Of a stretch of 16,663 nt of DNA, positions 9,100-16,663 are shown one piece after another (the stretch's first letter is position 1; every line of letters starts with the position of its first letter). The notes below the pieces were generated by a model. It was not told the origin of the DNA. It ran no database searches and saw only the letters and a list, made by a program, of their open reading frames with translations. The stretch is from Armatimonadota bacterium (GTDB lineage: Bacteria; Armatimonadota; UBA5829; DTLH01). Location: contig JBDKSP010000009.1 of NCBI GenBank assembly GCA_039680575.1, forward strand, positions 1 to 16,663, read 5' to 3'. The translations under genes and the position numbers were made by a program.

Positions 9100-10112
9100 T
9101 GGATAAGCAGAAAGCGCTGGATCTGGCGCTTGCCCAGATCGAGAAACAGTTTGGGCGCGGCGCGGTAGTCAGGCTTGGAGAGAAGCCTAAGGTTGAGTCG
9201 GATGTTATTCCGACGGGATCGATTGCGCTCGATATGGCACTTGGAATCGGCGGCATCCCGCGCGGTAGAATTACAGAGATTTACGGGCAGGAGTCATCAG
9301 GTAAGACCACCCTCGCCTATCACATCGTCGCTGAGGCGCAGAAGGCAGGCGGTATAGCCGCGTTTGTCGATGCAGAGCATGCAGTCGACCCGACCTATGC
9401 TAAAAACCTCGGAGTAGACATCGACAGCCTCCTTGTCTCACAGCCTGGAACGGGTGAAGAAGCGCTGGAGATCGTAGACGCGCTCATCAGAAGCGGGGCA
9501 GTTGACATAGTAGTCCTCGACTCCGTGGCCGCGCTCGTGCCTAAGGCCGAAATCGAAGGCGATATGGGCGATTCCCACATGGGGATGCAGGCAAGGCTCA
9601 TGTCCCAGGCAATGCGGAAGATCGGCGGCTCCGTCTCCAAGACAAACTCCGCCGCGATCTTCATCAACCAGATCAGGGAAAAGATCGGCGTCATGTTCGG
9701 CAACCCTGAGACTACTCCGGGAGGAAGAGCGCTCAAGTTCTGGTCATCCGTCCGCCTGGAGGTCCGCAAGATCGATACCATCAAGACCGGAAGCGAAGTT
9801 ATGGGGACCAGAGTCCGGGTAAAGGTGCAGAAGAACAAGGTCGCACCGCCGTTCAGGCAGGCTGAGTTCGATGTTATGTTCAGCAAGGGCATCTCGAAGA
9901 GCGGCGGAATTCTCGATCTGGCTACGGAGCTCGGATTCGTCAATAAGTCCGGCACATGGTTCACCTACGGTGAGCAGCGGCTGGGCCAGGGACGAGAGAA
10001 TGCGAAGCAGTATCTGGAGGAACACCCTGAGGTCATGGACTCTCTTGAGGCCGCGATCAGGGCACATAACGAAGAAAAGGATGCAGACGCTGCTGCAGAA
10101 CAGGAGAGCTGA
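9099..10112 (+). CDS. recA: Recombinase RecA
   Basis: [10 protein letters not shown]-loop, [46 protein letters not shown] and KNKVAPPF. No intein. Confidence 0.99.
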   Translation: MDKQKALDLALAQIEKQFGRGAVVRLGEKPKVESDVIPTGSIALDMALGIGGIPRGRITEIYGQESSGKTTLAYHIVAEAQKAGGIAAFVDAEHAVDPTYAKNLGVDIDSLLVSQPGTGEEALEIVDALIRSGAVDIVVLDSVAALVPKAEIEGDMGDSHMGMQARLMSQAMRKIGGSVSKTNSAAIFINQIREKIGVMFGNPETTPGGRALKFWSSVRLEVRKIDTIKTGSEVMGTRVRVKVQKNKVAPPFRQAEFDVMFSKGISKSGGILDLATELGFVNKSGTWFTYGEQRLGQGRENAKQYLEEHPEVMDSLEAAIRAHNEEKDADAAAEQES

Positions 10113-10173
10113 GAGTTTTTTATCACGAAAACACGAAAGGGAGAAAGAAAAGGGATTAATAGGTGAATGATCG

Positions 10174-10205
10174 TGCTTCGGGACGAAAAGCGGTCCCGAA
10201 GCATA
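10174..10205. repeat. CTTCGG-family hairpin, copy 1
   Basis: 11-bp stem tgcttcgggac / gtcccgaagca with loop gaaaagcg. Related to 13776-13805. Confidence 0.7.
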
Positions 10206-10220
10206 GGGTATGTCATTTGG

Positions 10221-10299
10221 ACTACCACAACGTCATTCCGAGCTTGACTCGGAATCCAGGAAGAGAATGGCCCTGAAACTCCTTAGTTCAGGGTGACGT
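10221..10299. repeat. GTCA-type paired-hairpin repeat, short (empty) form
   Basis: 10221-10262 is the exact reverse complement of 16622-16663 (42 bp). 10272-10299 is the exact reverse complement of 16525-16552 (28 bp). Confidence 0.9.
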
Positions 10300-10384
10300 C
10301 TTTGCTGATAGCTTTGCTGTTCCCTGTTTTCTTAATTTCGTGCTTTCGTGATTGAAAAAGCTTGTCAGCTGAAGGCTGAAGAAG

Positions 10385-11011
10385 ATGGACGTTATAACGG
10401 CGATCGAGCCACAGAAAAGGCGCAGAAACAGGCGTTCCATCTATGTAAACGGCGAGTTTGTCGCCGGAGTCGGCGAGGAAGTAGTCGTCGACCTCGGACT
10501 GAAAGCAGGCCAAGAGGTCGATGGCGAAAAGCTGGCCGAAGTGCTCCGCGCCGAGGAAGTGAGAAGCGCAAGGGAAGCCGCCTTGACGCTCCTCGACTAC
10601 CGGGCAAGGACCGGAAAAGAGCTGGAAAGAAGGCTGCTCCAAAAGGGCTATCCTGAGGATATTGTATCCAGGGTTGTTGAGCAGCTTGGGAATATCGATT
10701 TCGTCAATGACGAGCGTTTTGCAGCCGACTGGGTAGCAAGCCGAATCACAAACAGGCCAATAGGCCGCTCCCAGATGAAATGGGAACTGAGGCGAAAGGG
10801 CGTTGCTCCGGAACTGGTCGAAAAAGCGCTCGAACAGGTAGACGAAGACAAAGAGTTTGATATGGCTCTGGACTTGGCCGTAAAAAAACTTGGCGGCAAA
10901 GAGATAGAAGATCCAGAGTCGAAACGTAAGCTGGCTGGGTTTCTCCAGCGGCGAGGATTCCACTGGGAGGTAGTCTCCCGGGTTATAGACAGGCTTTTGC
11001 CTGAAGACTGA
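10385..11011 (+). CDS. recX: Recombination regulator RecX (long N-terminal type)
   Basis: ALTLLDYRART.KEL.RRL..KG, VNDERFA, WELRRKGV and LAGFLQRRGF. Located downstream of recA. Confidence 0.95.
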   Translation: MDVITAIEPQKRRRNRRSIYVNGEFVAGVGEEVVVDLGLKAGQEVDGEKLAEVLRAEEVRSAREAALTLLDYRARTGKELERRLLQKGYPEDIVSRVVEQLGNIDFVNDERFAADWVASRITNRPIGRSQMKWELRRKGVAPELVEKALEQVDEDKEFDMALDLAVKKLGGKEIEDPESKRKLAGFLQRRGFHWEVVSRVIDRLLPED

Positions 11012-11193
11012 CAAAAATGCATACAGGAGGCGAGAGGAGGACACATCAGAGCGACATCACACGAGGTTTCGCACTATCGAGCAGGACGCCCGGAGTGTTA
11101 TTAAATATATGAAATCAACATTAGTGTTAATACGGCTGATTAGTATCTTTCGCTCGACCTCACTAATCCCCATGATCGGGAGGTGAGGGAAAG

Positions 11194-12738
11194 TTGACCC
11201 CAATAGTGATAGGTGTAATCGTCGGCTTGGCAGCAGCAGTTGCCGGTATAGTTGTCGGATTTACACTCTATATCAAGCCAAACCAACATAAGGCCAAGGC
11301 GATGTTCGCCGAGGTCGATGAAGAAAAACGGCGGCTGGAAAAGGACATCGAGTCGCAGAGAAAGCTCGCTGAGCTTGAGGCTAAAGAAGAAGCCTATAAG
11401 ATACGTTCTGAAATCGAGAAAGAAAATCGTGAGAAACGTGCTGAAATCCAGAGGCTGGAGCGAAGACTGGCTCAGAAAGAAGAGACGCTAGACCGCAGGC
11501 TGGATAATCTCGACAAAAAAGAGCGGACGTTATCCGACAAAGAGCAGGCTGCTTCCACCAAACTGGAAGAAGCGAACGCTCTTGCTGAAAAACAGCGCGA
11601 AGAGCTGCAGCGGATAGCCCGGCTTTCCGCTGAGGATGCCCGTGACATGCTGCTTCGGCAGGTGGAACGGGAGTGCGAGCGCGAAGTCGCCCGCCGCATC
11701 AGGGAAACGGAAGACCAGATCCGTGAGGAGTGCGACAGGCGCGCACGCGACATCATAACAATCGCAGTCCAGCGCTGCGCGGTCGATCAGGCCGCCGAAA
11801 CGACGGTCTCGGTCGTCCCGCTGCCCGGCGACGACATGAAAGGCCGGATTATCGGGCGTGAAGGCCGAAACATCCGGGCGTTTGAGACGCTTACGGGCGT
11901 CGATCTGATCATCGACGACACCCCGGAAGCTGTTGTTATATCGGGATTCGACCCTGTGAGAAGAGAAATCGCGCGAGCCGCGCTTTCCAACCTCATAGTT
12001 GACGGAAGGATCCATCCCGGCAGGATCGAAGAGACTGTAAACAAGGCCAGGGAAGAGATCGAGACCAAGATGCGGGAAGCCGCGGAGCAGGCGGTATTCG
12101 AGACCGGCGTCACCGGCCTTGACCCGGAACTGATCAAACTCCTCGGCAGGCTGAAATACCGGACGAGTTATGGGCAGAACGTCCTCGATCACTCGATCGA
12201 AGTGGCGCACCTTTCCGGCGCGATGGCAGCGGAGCTTGGAGTGAACGTTCCGCTTGCAAAGCGCGCAGGACTCTTGCATGACCTGGGCAAAGCCGTCGAT
12301 TTCGAGGTTGAGGGGCCGCATGCGGTCATCTCTATGGATCTCTTAAAGAGGTACAGAGAGCCTGCGGAGGTCATCCATGCCGTCGGAGCGCACCATAACG
12401 ACATAGAGCCGCATTCCGTGGAAGCGGTACTCGTACTCGCTGCGGATGCAATATCGGCATCGAGGCCGGGCGCCAGAAGAGAGACGCTCGAAACCTATGT
12501 CAAACGGCTGCAGAAGCTGGAAACCATAGCCGACTCCTTCCAGGGAGTCGACAAGACCTACGCGGTCCAGGCCGGACGCGAGATCCGGGTCATGGTCAAG
12601 CCGGAATCTGTCGACGACGACGGAGCCGCAAAGCTTGCCCACGATGTGGCGAGAAAGATAGAAGACGAGATGGAATATCCCGGCCAGATCAAAGTTACGG
12701 TCATCCGGGAGGTCCGTGCGGTCGAACACGCGAAGTAA
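11194..12738 (+). CDS. rny: Ribonuclease Y
   Basis: N-terminal TM, coiled coil, KH domain ([14 protein letters not shown]), HD domain (LLHDLGKA), [14 protein letters not shown] and QAGREIRV. Confidence 0.99.
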   Translation: MTPIVIGVIVGLAAAVAGIVVGFTLYIKPNQHKAKAMFAEVDEEKRRLEKDIESQRKLAELEAKEEAYKIRSEIEKENREKRAEIQRLERRLAQKEETLDRRLDNLDKKERTLSDKEQAASTKLEEANALAEKQREELQRIARLSAEDARDMLLRQVERECEREVARRIRETEDQIREECDRRARDIITIAVQRCAVDQAAETTVSVVPLPGDDMKGRIIGREGRNIRAFETLTGVDLIIDDTPEAVVISGFDPVRREIARAALSNLIVDGRIHPGRIEETVNKAREEIETKMREAAEQAVFETGVTGLDPELIKLLGRLKYRTSYGQNVLDHSIEVAHLSGAMAAELGVNVPLAKRAGLLHDLGKAVDFEVEGPHAVISMDLLKRYREPAEVIHAVGAHHNDIEPHSVEAVLVLAADAISASRPGARRETLETYVKRLQKLETIADSFQGVDKTYAVQAGREIRVMVKPESVDDDGAAKLAHDVARKIEDEMEYPGQIKVTVIREVRAVEHAK

Positions 12739-12752
12739 ATTAGAAAACAAAG

Positions 12753-12789
12753 AGCGCGGTTGTGTAGTACAGCCGCGCTTTTTTTATTT
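12753..12789 (+). terminator. Intrinsic terminator after rny
   Basis: Stem agcgcggttgt / acagccgcgct followed by a T-tract, 15 nt after the stop codon. Confidence 0.85.
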
Positions 12790-12810
12790 AGCTGCCAGCT
12801 TTCAGTAAAT

Positions 12811-12862
12811 GTAGTGGCCGTCCCTCCGTGGCGGCCATCGACCTCGCAGAGGTCGGACCTAC
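12811..12862. repeat. GTAG-type REP doublet (REPIN-like)
   Basis: GTAG followed by hairpin tggccg..cggcca, then hairpin cgacctc-gca-gaggtcg ending in CTAC. Confidence 0.7.
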
Positions 12863-12928
12863 CATCGAGATTTGATATATTTCAGCTCAGTAGATGAGGC
12901 CGTGGACGTCGAGAAGGAGGTTGTATTG

Positions 12929-13231
12929 GTGTTATTAGATATACTCAGGTTTTTGGAGGGCTTCTTGATAGGGGTAGCGCTAAGAGCAGGGGTTTATGCT
13001 ATGGATCGTATGAAATGCAGTGATGACGACTTCGTTAACGAATTTTTTGGCTTGTTAATTGGTTGGGGAGTAGGAGCTCTCTTGGCATATATTTACTTTG
13101 AGCTGATACTAGGGCTCAGAAGTGCTCCACCAAGCATTATTCCCAGCATATTCGGTACACTAGCAGGTTCCATAGCTATCGAGTTGATCATCAGGTTCAG
13201 AGGTAAGGACGGCAGTGAAGGATCAAGATAA
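12929..13231 (+). CDS. Small multi-pass membrane protein, paralog 1 (~100 aa)
   Basis: AGGAGG at 12915-12920 favours GTG 12929 (or TTG 12926) over the 12872 start in the ORF track. About three hydrophobic segments. Confidence 0.75.
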   Translation: MLLDILRFLEGFLIGVALRAGVYAMDRMKCSDDDFVNEFFGLLIGWGVGALLAYIYFELILGLRSAPPSIIPSIFGTLAGSIAIELIIRFRGKDGSEGSR

Positions 13232-13257
13232 GAAATGCTCGGCAATATACCATTGCG

Positions 13258-13296
13258 CTTTGGAGTGGGGAATCATAACTTCCGCTTTTCTATCGA
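13258..13296. repeat. REP-like hairpin family of 491-530, degenerate copy 2 (copy 3 at 13686-13724)
   Basis: ctttggagtggggaatcataacttccgcttttctatcga aligns with ctttggattgcggaagcggcagcttccgcttttctatcga. Confidence 0.75.
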
Positions 13297-13356
13297 GATT
13301 TGATATATTTCAGCTCAGTAGATGAGGCTGTGGACGTCGAAAGGGAGGTAGTATTG

Positions 13357-13659
13357 GTGTTATTAGATATACTCTGGTTTTTGGAGAGCTTTTTGGTAGT
13401 GATAACGGGGAGAGCAGGGGTTTATGCTATGGATCGTATGAAATGCAGTGATGACGACTACGTTAACTTTTTTTTTGGCTTGTTAATTGGTTGGGGCGTA
13501 GGAGGTCTCTTGGTATATATTTACTTTGAGCTGATACTAGGGCTCAGAAGTGCTCCACCAAGCATTATTCCCGGCGTATTCGGTGCAATAGCAGGTTCCA
13601 TAGCTATCGAGTTGATCATCAGGTTCAGAGGTAAGGGCAGTAGTGAAGGATCAAGATGA
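13357..13659 (+). CDS. Small multi-pass membrane protein, paralog 2 (~100 aa)
   Basis: GGGAGG RBS and GTG start. 83/100 aa identical to paralog 1 by manual alignment. Confidence 0.75.
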   Translation: MLLDILWFLESFLVVITGRAGVYAMDRMKCSDDDYVNFFFGLLIGWGVGGLLVYIYFELILGLRSAPPSIIPGVFGAIAGSIAIELIIRFRGKGSSEGSR

Positions 13660-13775
13660 GAAATGCCCGGTAATATACCATTGCGCTTTGGAGTGGGGAA
13701 GCATAACTTCCGCTTTTCTATCGAAATCTGATATATTTCAACTTAGAAGATGAGCCCGTGGACGTCGAGAAGGAG

Positions 13776-13924
13776 ACTTCGGCGCAAAAAGCGCGCCGAA
13801 GTATAAACCTGAATATTGTGCATTGTCCGCCTAAGGCGGACGCTTCGGCAGCTATCGCGCTTTCCTCGAAAGCGCTGTCGCGGCAGCATCATCGTAGATG
13901 ATGCGAGAGCAAGCAGTCCGAAGC
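13776..13924. repeat. Cluster of stacked hairpins (CTTCGG family copy 2, a GTCCGCC hairpin and a multibranch element)
   Basis: acttcggcgc/gcgccgaagt; gtccgcc-taa-ggcggac; gcttcgg...ccgaagc enclosing gcgctttc/gaaagcgc and gcatcatc/gatgatgc. Confidence 0.75.
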
Positions 13925-13949
13925 AACTAAGCGGTCATGGAGGTTCCTT

Positions 13950-14516
13950 ATGCGATGGAAAAGTCTGTTTTTCGTGATTGTGCTGACTGGTCTTGTTGCC
14001 GTACTTATTCTGCCGCACTACTTCAGGCAAAATGAGTCATCACAGACACTAATGAAAGCGCCGGCTGTAAACGGATTGAGAGCATTGCTCTTTATCCCGG
14101 ATACCCATTGGAATAGAAACGGAAAGCCTGATATATACATAGCTTTGCAAAATGAGTCAAAATCCCCAATTACTCTGGATCGGCGGCTTGATATGGGAGG
14201 TTCGATAAGGATGACCATTGAACAAAACGGCACTGTAGTCAACTACACACCTTATCATGTAACCATTGCAAGGCCATCAAAAAGCGATCTGGTTGCAGTA
14301 AAGCCGGGTGAGTTTTTGGGGCGGCGATTGGTGGTCTCAAAAGAGGATGTCTACAATGAAAAAACGCGCAAAGAAATGGATAGCCTGTCAGCTGGAGCCG
14401 CCAAGCTTAAAATAGAGTATACTACCTGTGCCAATGTATACAATCCTTCGCTGGATAAAACACCATATTGGTTTGGTAAAGTAGCTTCAAACAGTGTAAC
14501 TGTAGAAATTGAGTAA
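13950..14516 (+). CDS. Hypothetical secreted or membrane-anchored protein (188 aa)
   Basis: GGAGG RBS, basic then hydrophobic N-terminus, and a beta-rich body ending SNSVTVEIE. Confidence 0.75.
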   Translation: MRWKSLFFVIVLTGLVAVLILPHYFRQNESSQTLMKAPAVNGLRALLFIPDTHWNRNGKPDIYIALQNESKSPITLDRRLDMGGSIRMTIEQNGTVVNYTPYHVTIARPSKSDLVAVKPGEFLGRRLVVSKEDVYNEKTRKEMDSLSAGAAKLKIEYTTCANVYNPSLDKTPYWFGKVASNSVTVEIE

Positions 14517-14546
14517 AAGCAGATAATTAGTTCTAAGGAAGGTGCA

Positions 14547-15332
14547 ATGTTGAGAATTTTGATGCTTGGAGATGTAGTGGGGAGACCGGGGAGGACTGCT
14601 GTAAGTCATCACCTGCCGCGTCTCATCGAGGAGCATCAACCGGAGATAGTAATAGCCAACGGCGAAAACGCAGCGGGAGGGCTCGGCATCAATAAGGGCA
14701 CGGCTGTTCCGCTTTTTGATGCCGGGGTCAACGTCATCACGCTCGGCAACCACGTTTGGGCGCAGCAGGGGATGAATGAACTGCTCGGCGGTGAGCCACG
14801 GATCATCCGCCCGGCTAATCTGCCGCCGGGGCTTCCCGGAAGAGGGTTCGGGGTCTTCCAAACCAAAGCCGGCAATAAAATCGGCGTTATGAACCTCCTG
14901 GGCAGGACATTTATGGAGCCGGTAGACGATCCGTTCCGCGCCGCCGATGCCATTGTCAGGGAAATACAGCAGGAAACACCTGTCATAGTCGTGGACATCC
15001 ACGCCGAGGCAACCTCGGAGAAAGCAGCGATTGCGTGGTACCTCGACGGCAGGGTAAGCGCCGTCCTTGGGACTCACACACATATCCCCACCTGCGATGA
15101 GCGTGTACTTCCGGGCGGTACGGCCTTCTTGACCGATATAGGGATGGTCGGGCCGCGCGATTCGATACTTGGTATGAAGGTCGAAATCGTCGTAGAACGG
15201 TTCCGCACGCAGGTAAAGCAGAAATTCGAAGTCGCATCAGGACCGGCGATACTTTCGGGCGTAATAATCGATGTGGACAATCAGACCGGCAGAGCATCGT
15301 CTATTTCAAGAGTCAGCGTAATAGAAGATTAA
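14547..15332 (+). CDS. ymdB: TIGR00282/YmdB-family metallophosphoesterase
   Basis: GDVVG.PG, NGENAAGG, TLGNH, DIHAEATSEK, GTHTH and TDIGMVG. Normally adjacent to rny. Confidence 0.96.
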   Translation: MLRILMLGDVVGRPGRTAVSHHLPRLIEEHQPEIVIANGENAAGGLGINKGTAVPLFDAGVNVITLGNHVWAQQGMNELLGGEPRIIRPANLPPGLPGRGFGVFQTKAGNKIGVMNLLGRTFMEPVDDPFRAADAIVREIQQETPVIVVDIHAEATSEKAAIAWYLDGRVSAVLGTHTHIPTCDERVLPGGTAFLTDIGMVGPRDSILGMKVEIVVERFRTQVKQKFEVASGPAILSGVIIDVDNQTGRASSISRVSVIED

Positions 15333-15346
15333 TAGCTTCGGAGGAA

Positions 15347-16405
15347 TTGAGCTTGGAAAAGGATCAGATGACACCGAAAGAGCGGTGGCTGGCCGTATTA
15401 AGAAGAGAAAAGCCGGATCGGACACCCATGGACTATTGGGGAACCCCTGAGGTTACCGATGGTCTTATGCGCCATCTGGGCTGCGCCGATTGGCAGGAAG
15501 TGAAGAAGAAACTGCACCTGGACTCTCCCGTTGATGTATGGCCGGGATATGTCGGACCGTCGCTTCCTGAGGATACCGATTATTTCGGCTGCGTCCTCCG
15601 CAATGTGGACTATGGAAGCGGCACCTACAGCGAGTGCGTAAACCACCCGCTGGCCGGGTTCAACACAGTCGAAGAGATAGAGCGCGGCTACACATGGCCA
15701 AGCCCGGACTGGTGGGACTACAGCGGTATCGCCAGCTGTATAGAAGGGTGCGAAGATTACCCCATCCGTGGCGGCGGCTCCGAACCGTTCCTCCGGTATG
15801 CCATGCTCCGAGGCCAGGAGCAGGCATTCATGGACCTTATCATCAACCCGGAAATCGCCCACTTCTGCCTGGACAAGCTGTTCGATCTCGCATACGAAAG
15901 CACCCGCCGGATTTACGAGCAGATACCGGGAAAGGTCACAATATCTTACGTAGCGGAAGACATGGGCGGGCAGTCCGCGCTGATGTTCTCCCCCGCTCAG
16001 ATCCACGAGTTCCTGATCCCCCGGATGAAGCGCATGATAGACCTTGCACATGCAGCAGGCGCGTATGTATTCCACCATAACGACGGCAGCTGCAGGCGTA
16101 TCATCCCGGATATGATCGAAGCAGGCATAGACGCGCTGAACCCGATCCAGTGGAGATGCCCCGGTATGGACAGAGTTGAGTTGAAGCAGGAATTCGGCGA
16201 TAAACTGGTGTTCCACGGCGGTGTGGACAACCAACAGACACTTCCTTTCGGTTCAGCAGAGGATGTCAGGCAGGAAGTCATTGATAACCTGCGCATTCTG
16301 GGTGACGGCGGAGGATATATACTCGCTCCGTGCCATAATATTCAGCCGGTCACTCCAATCGAGAACATCCTAGCCATGTATGAAACAGGTTACGAATGCG
16401 GATAA
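15347..16405 (+). CDS. Uroporphyrinogen decarboxylase/MtaA-like family protein (substrate unknown)
   Basis: MTPKERWLA...PDR.P, LRG.EQAFMDL, EDMGGQ, HNDGS, LNPIQ, GGVD and GGGYILAPCHNIQ. Start is TTG 15347 (GGAGGA RBS) or ATG 15368. Confidence 0.9.
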   Translation: MSLEKDQMTPKERWLAVLRREKPDRTPMDYWGTPEVTDGLMRHLGCADWQEVKKKLHLDSPVDVWPGYVGPSLPEDTDYFGCVLRNVDYGSGTYSECVNHPLAGFNTVEEIERGYTWPSPDWWDYSGIASCIEGCEDYPIRGGGSEPFLRYAMLRGQEQAFMDLIINPEIAHFCLDKLFDLAYESTRRIYEQIPGKVTISYVAEDMGGQSALMFSPAQIHEFLIPRMKRMIDLAHAAGAYVFHHNDGSCRRIIPDMIEAGIDALNPIQWRCPGMDRVELKQEFGDKLVFHGGVDNQQTLPFGSAEDVRQEVIDNLRILGDGGGYILAPCHNIQPVTPIENILAMYETGYECG

Positions 16406-16524
16406 GAAAGAACATCGTTCTCTTTGGCCCTTATTTTTCGTAATAGTTCACTCTTGTAAGAATTATATATTATCCTGAACAACTAACTCGTCATTATGGA
16501 AGGACGTCACCCTGGACGGCAAAC

Positions 16525-16663
16525 ACGTCACCCTGAACTAAGGAGTTTCAGGTATTACCTGAAACTCTCCCCGGAAGATTTTCGGCTATAGCCGAAAATC
16601 CATAGATTCAGGGTCCAGTTTTTCCTGGATTCCGAGTCAAGCTCGGAATGACGTTGTGGTAGT
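16525..16663. repeat. GTCA-type paired-hairpin repeat, long (filled) form, inverted relative to 10221-10299
   Basis: Same arms as the 10221 copy plus 60 extra bp (16553-16612) bounded by a ttcagg direct repeat. A partial duplicate acgtcaccctg lies at 16504-16514. Confidence 0.9.

Larger units (their letters stand above)
10116..10359. mobile_element. MITE-like element with (CACGAAA)2 terminal inverted repeats enclosing two other palindromic elements
   Basis: atcacgaaaacacgaaa (10122-10138) vs tttcgtgctttcgtgat (10336-10352), a 16/17 inverted match flanked by T-run and A-run. Inner arms gaaaaggga / tccctgttttc. Confidence 0.6.
12864..13775 (+). repeat. Tandem array of 428-bp units (two full units plus a 56-bp third leader)
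   Basis: Units start at 12864, 13292 and 13720 (exact 428-bp period, no indels). The leader atcgagatttgatatatttcagc...gacgtcgagaaggag is present three times. Confidence 0.95.

Noticed and set aside
11024..11050. Two SD-like AGGAGG motifs suggesting a leader peptide before rny
   Set aside because: No start codon follows either motif at a usable spacing.
12872..12928. N-terminal extension MIYFSSVDEAVDVEKEVVL in the ORF track (also 13300-13356)
   Set aside because: It has no RBS and spans the leader repeat containing the actual AGGAGG, so the downstream GTG/TTG start is preferred.
12864..13775. Diversity-generating retroelement TR/VR pair (17 of 25 differences involve A, with A/G 11 vs C/T 3)
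   Set aside because: Neither copy has A at all variable sites and both are full ORFs. Non-coding differences show no A bias and no reverse transcriptase is in the window. Conservative I/V, T/A and S/G swaps explain the A/G excess.
12864..13775. CRISPR array
   Set aside because: The period is 428 bp, the 'spacers' are homologous coding sequence, and no cas genes are present.
13232..13949. Integron attC sites between cassette-like genes
   Set aside because: No paired RYYYAAC...GTTRRRY boxes bounding a hairpin were found, and there is no intI.
9395..16296. Long antisense or alternative-frame ORFs over recA, recX, rny, ymdB and the uroD-like gene
   Set aside because: These are shadow ORFs of well-supported genes in GC-rich coding DNA, with no motifs of their own.
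15347..16405. hemE assignment
   Set aside because: Only fold-family similarity. It lacks the HemE N-terminal MRQAGR motif and has no haem-pathway neighbours.

Overview
Bacterial chromosomal segment. A Terrabacteria-type lineage such as Armatimonadota is only a guess from gene content. The core is a conserved + strand cluster, cinA-thpR-recA-recX-rny-ymdB, followed by a uroporphyrinogen-decarboxylase-family gene. Divergent from it is a - strand partner-switching unit (sensor/HAMP/2xGAF/PP2C phosphatase, then a STAS-pseudokinase fusion) followed by an HI0933-family flavoprotein. There are two visibly more AT-rich accessory patches. The first (1-2100) has an ABC NBD relic and two hypotheticals. 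The second (12860-14540), wedged between rny and ymdB, holds a 428-bp tandem array encoding two ~100-aa membrane paralogs that differ almost only by amino-acid-changing substitutions, plus one exported protein. Most intergenic spacers carry small palindromic REP/MITE-like elements from at least five families. Some are nested, with empty and filled versions of the same element both present. No rRNA, tRNA, CRISPR array, transposase, integrase or reverse transcriptase was recognised.
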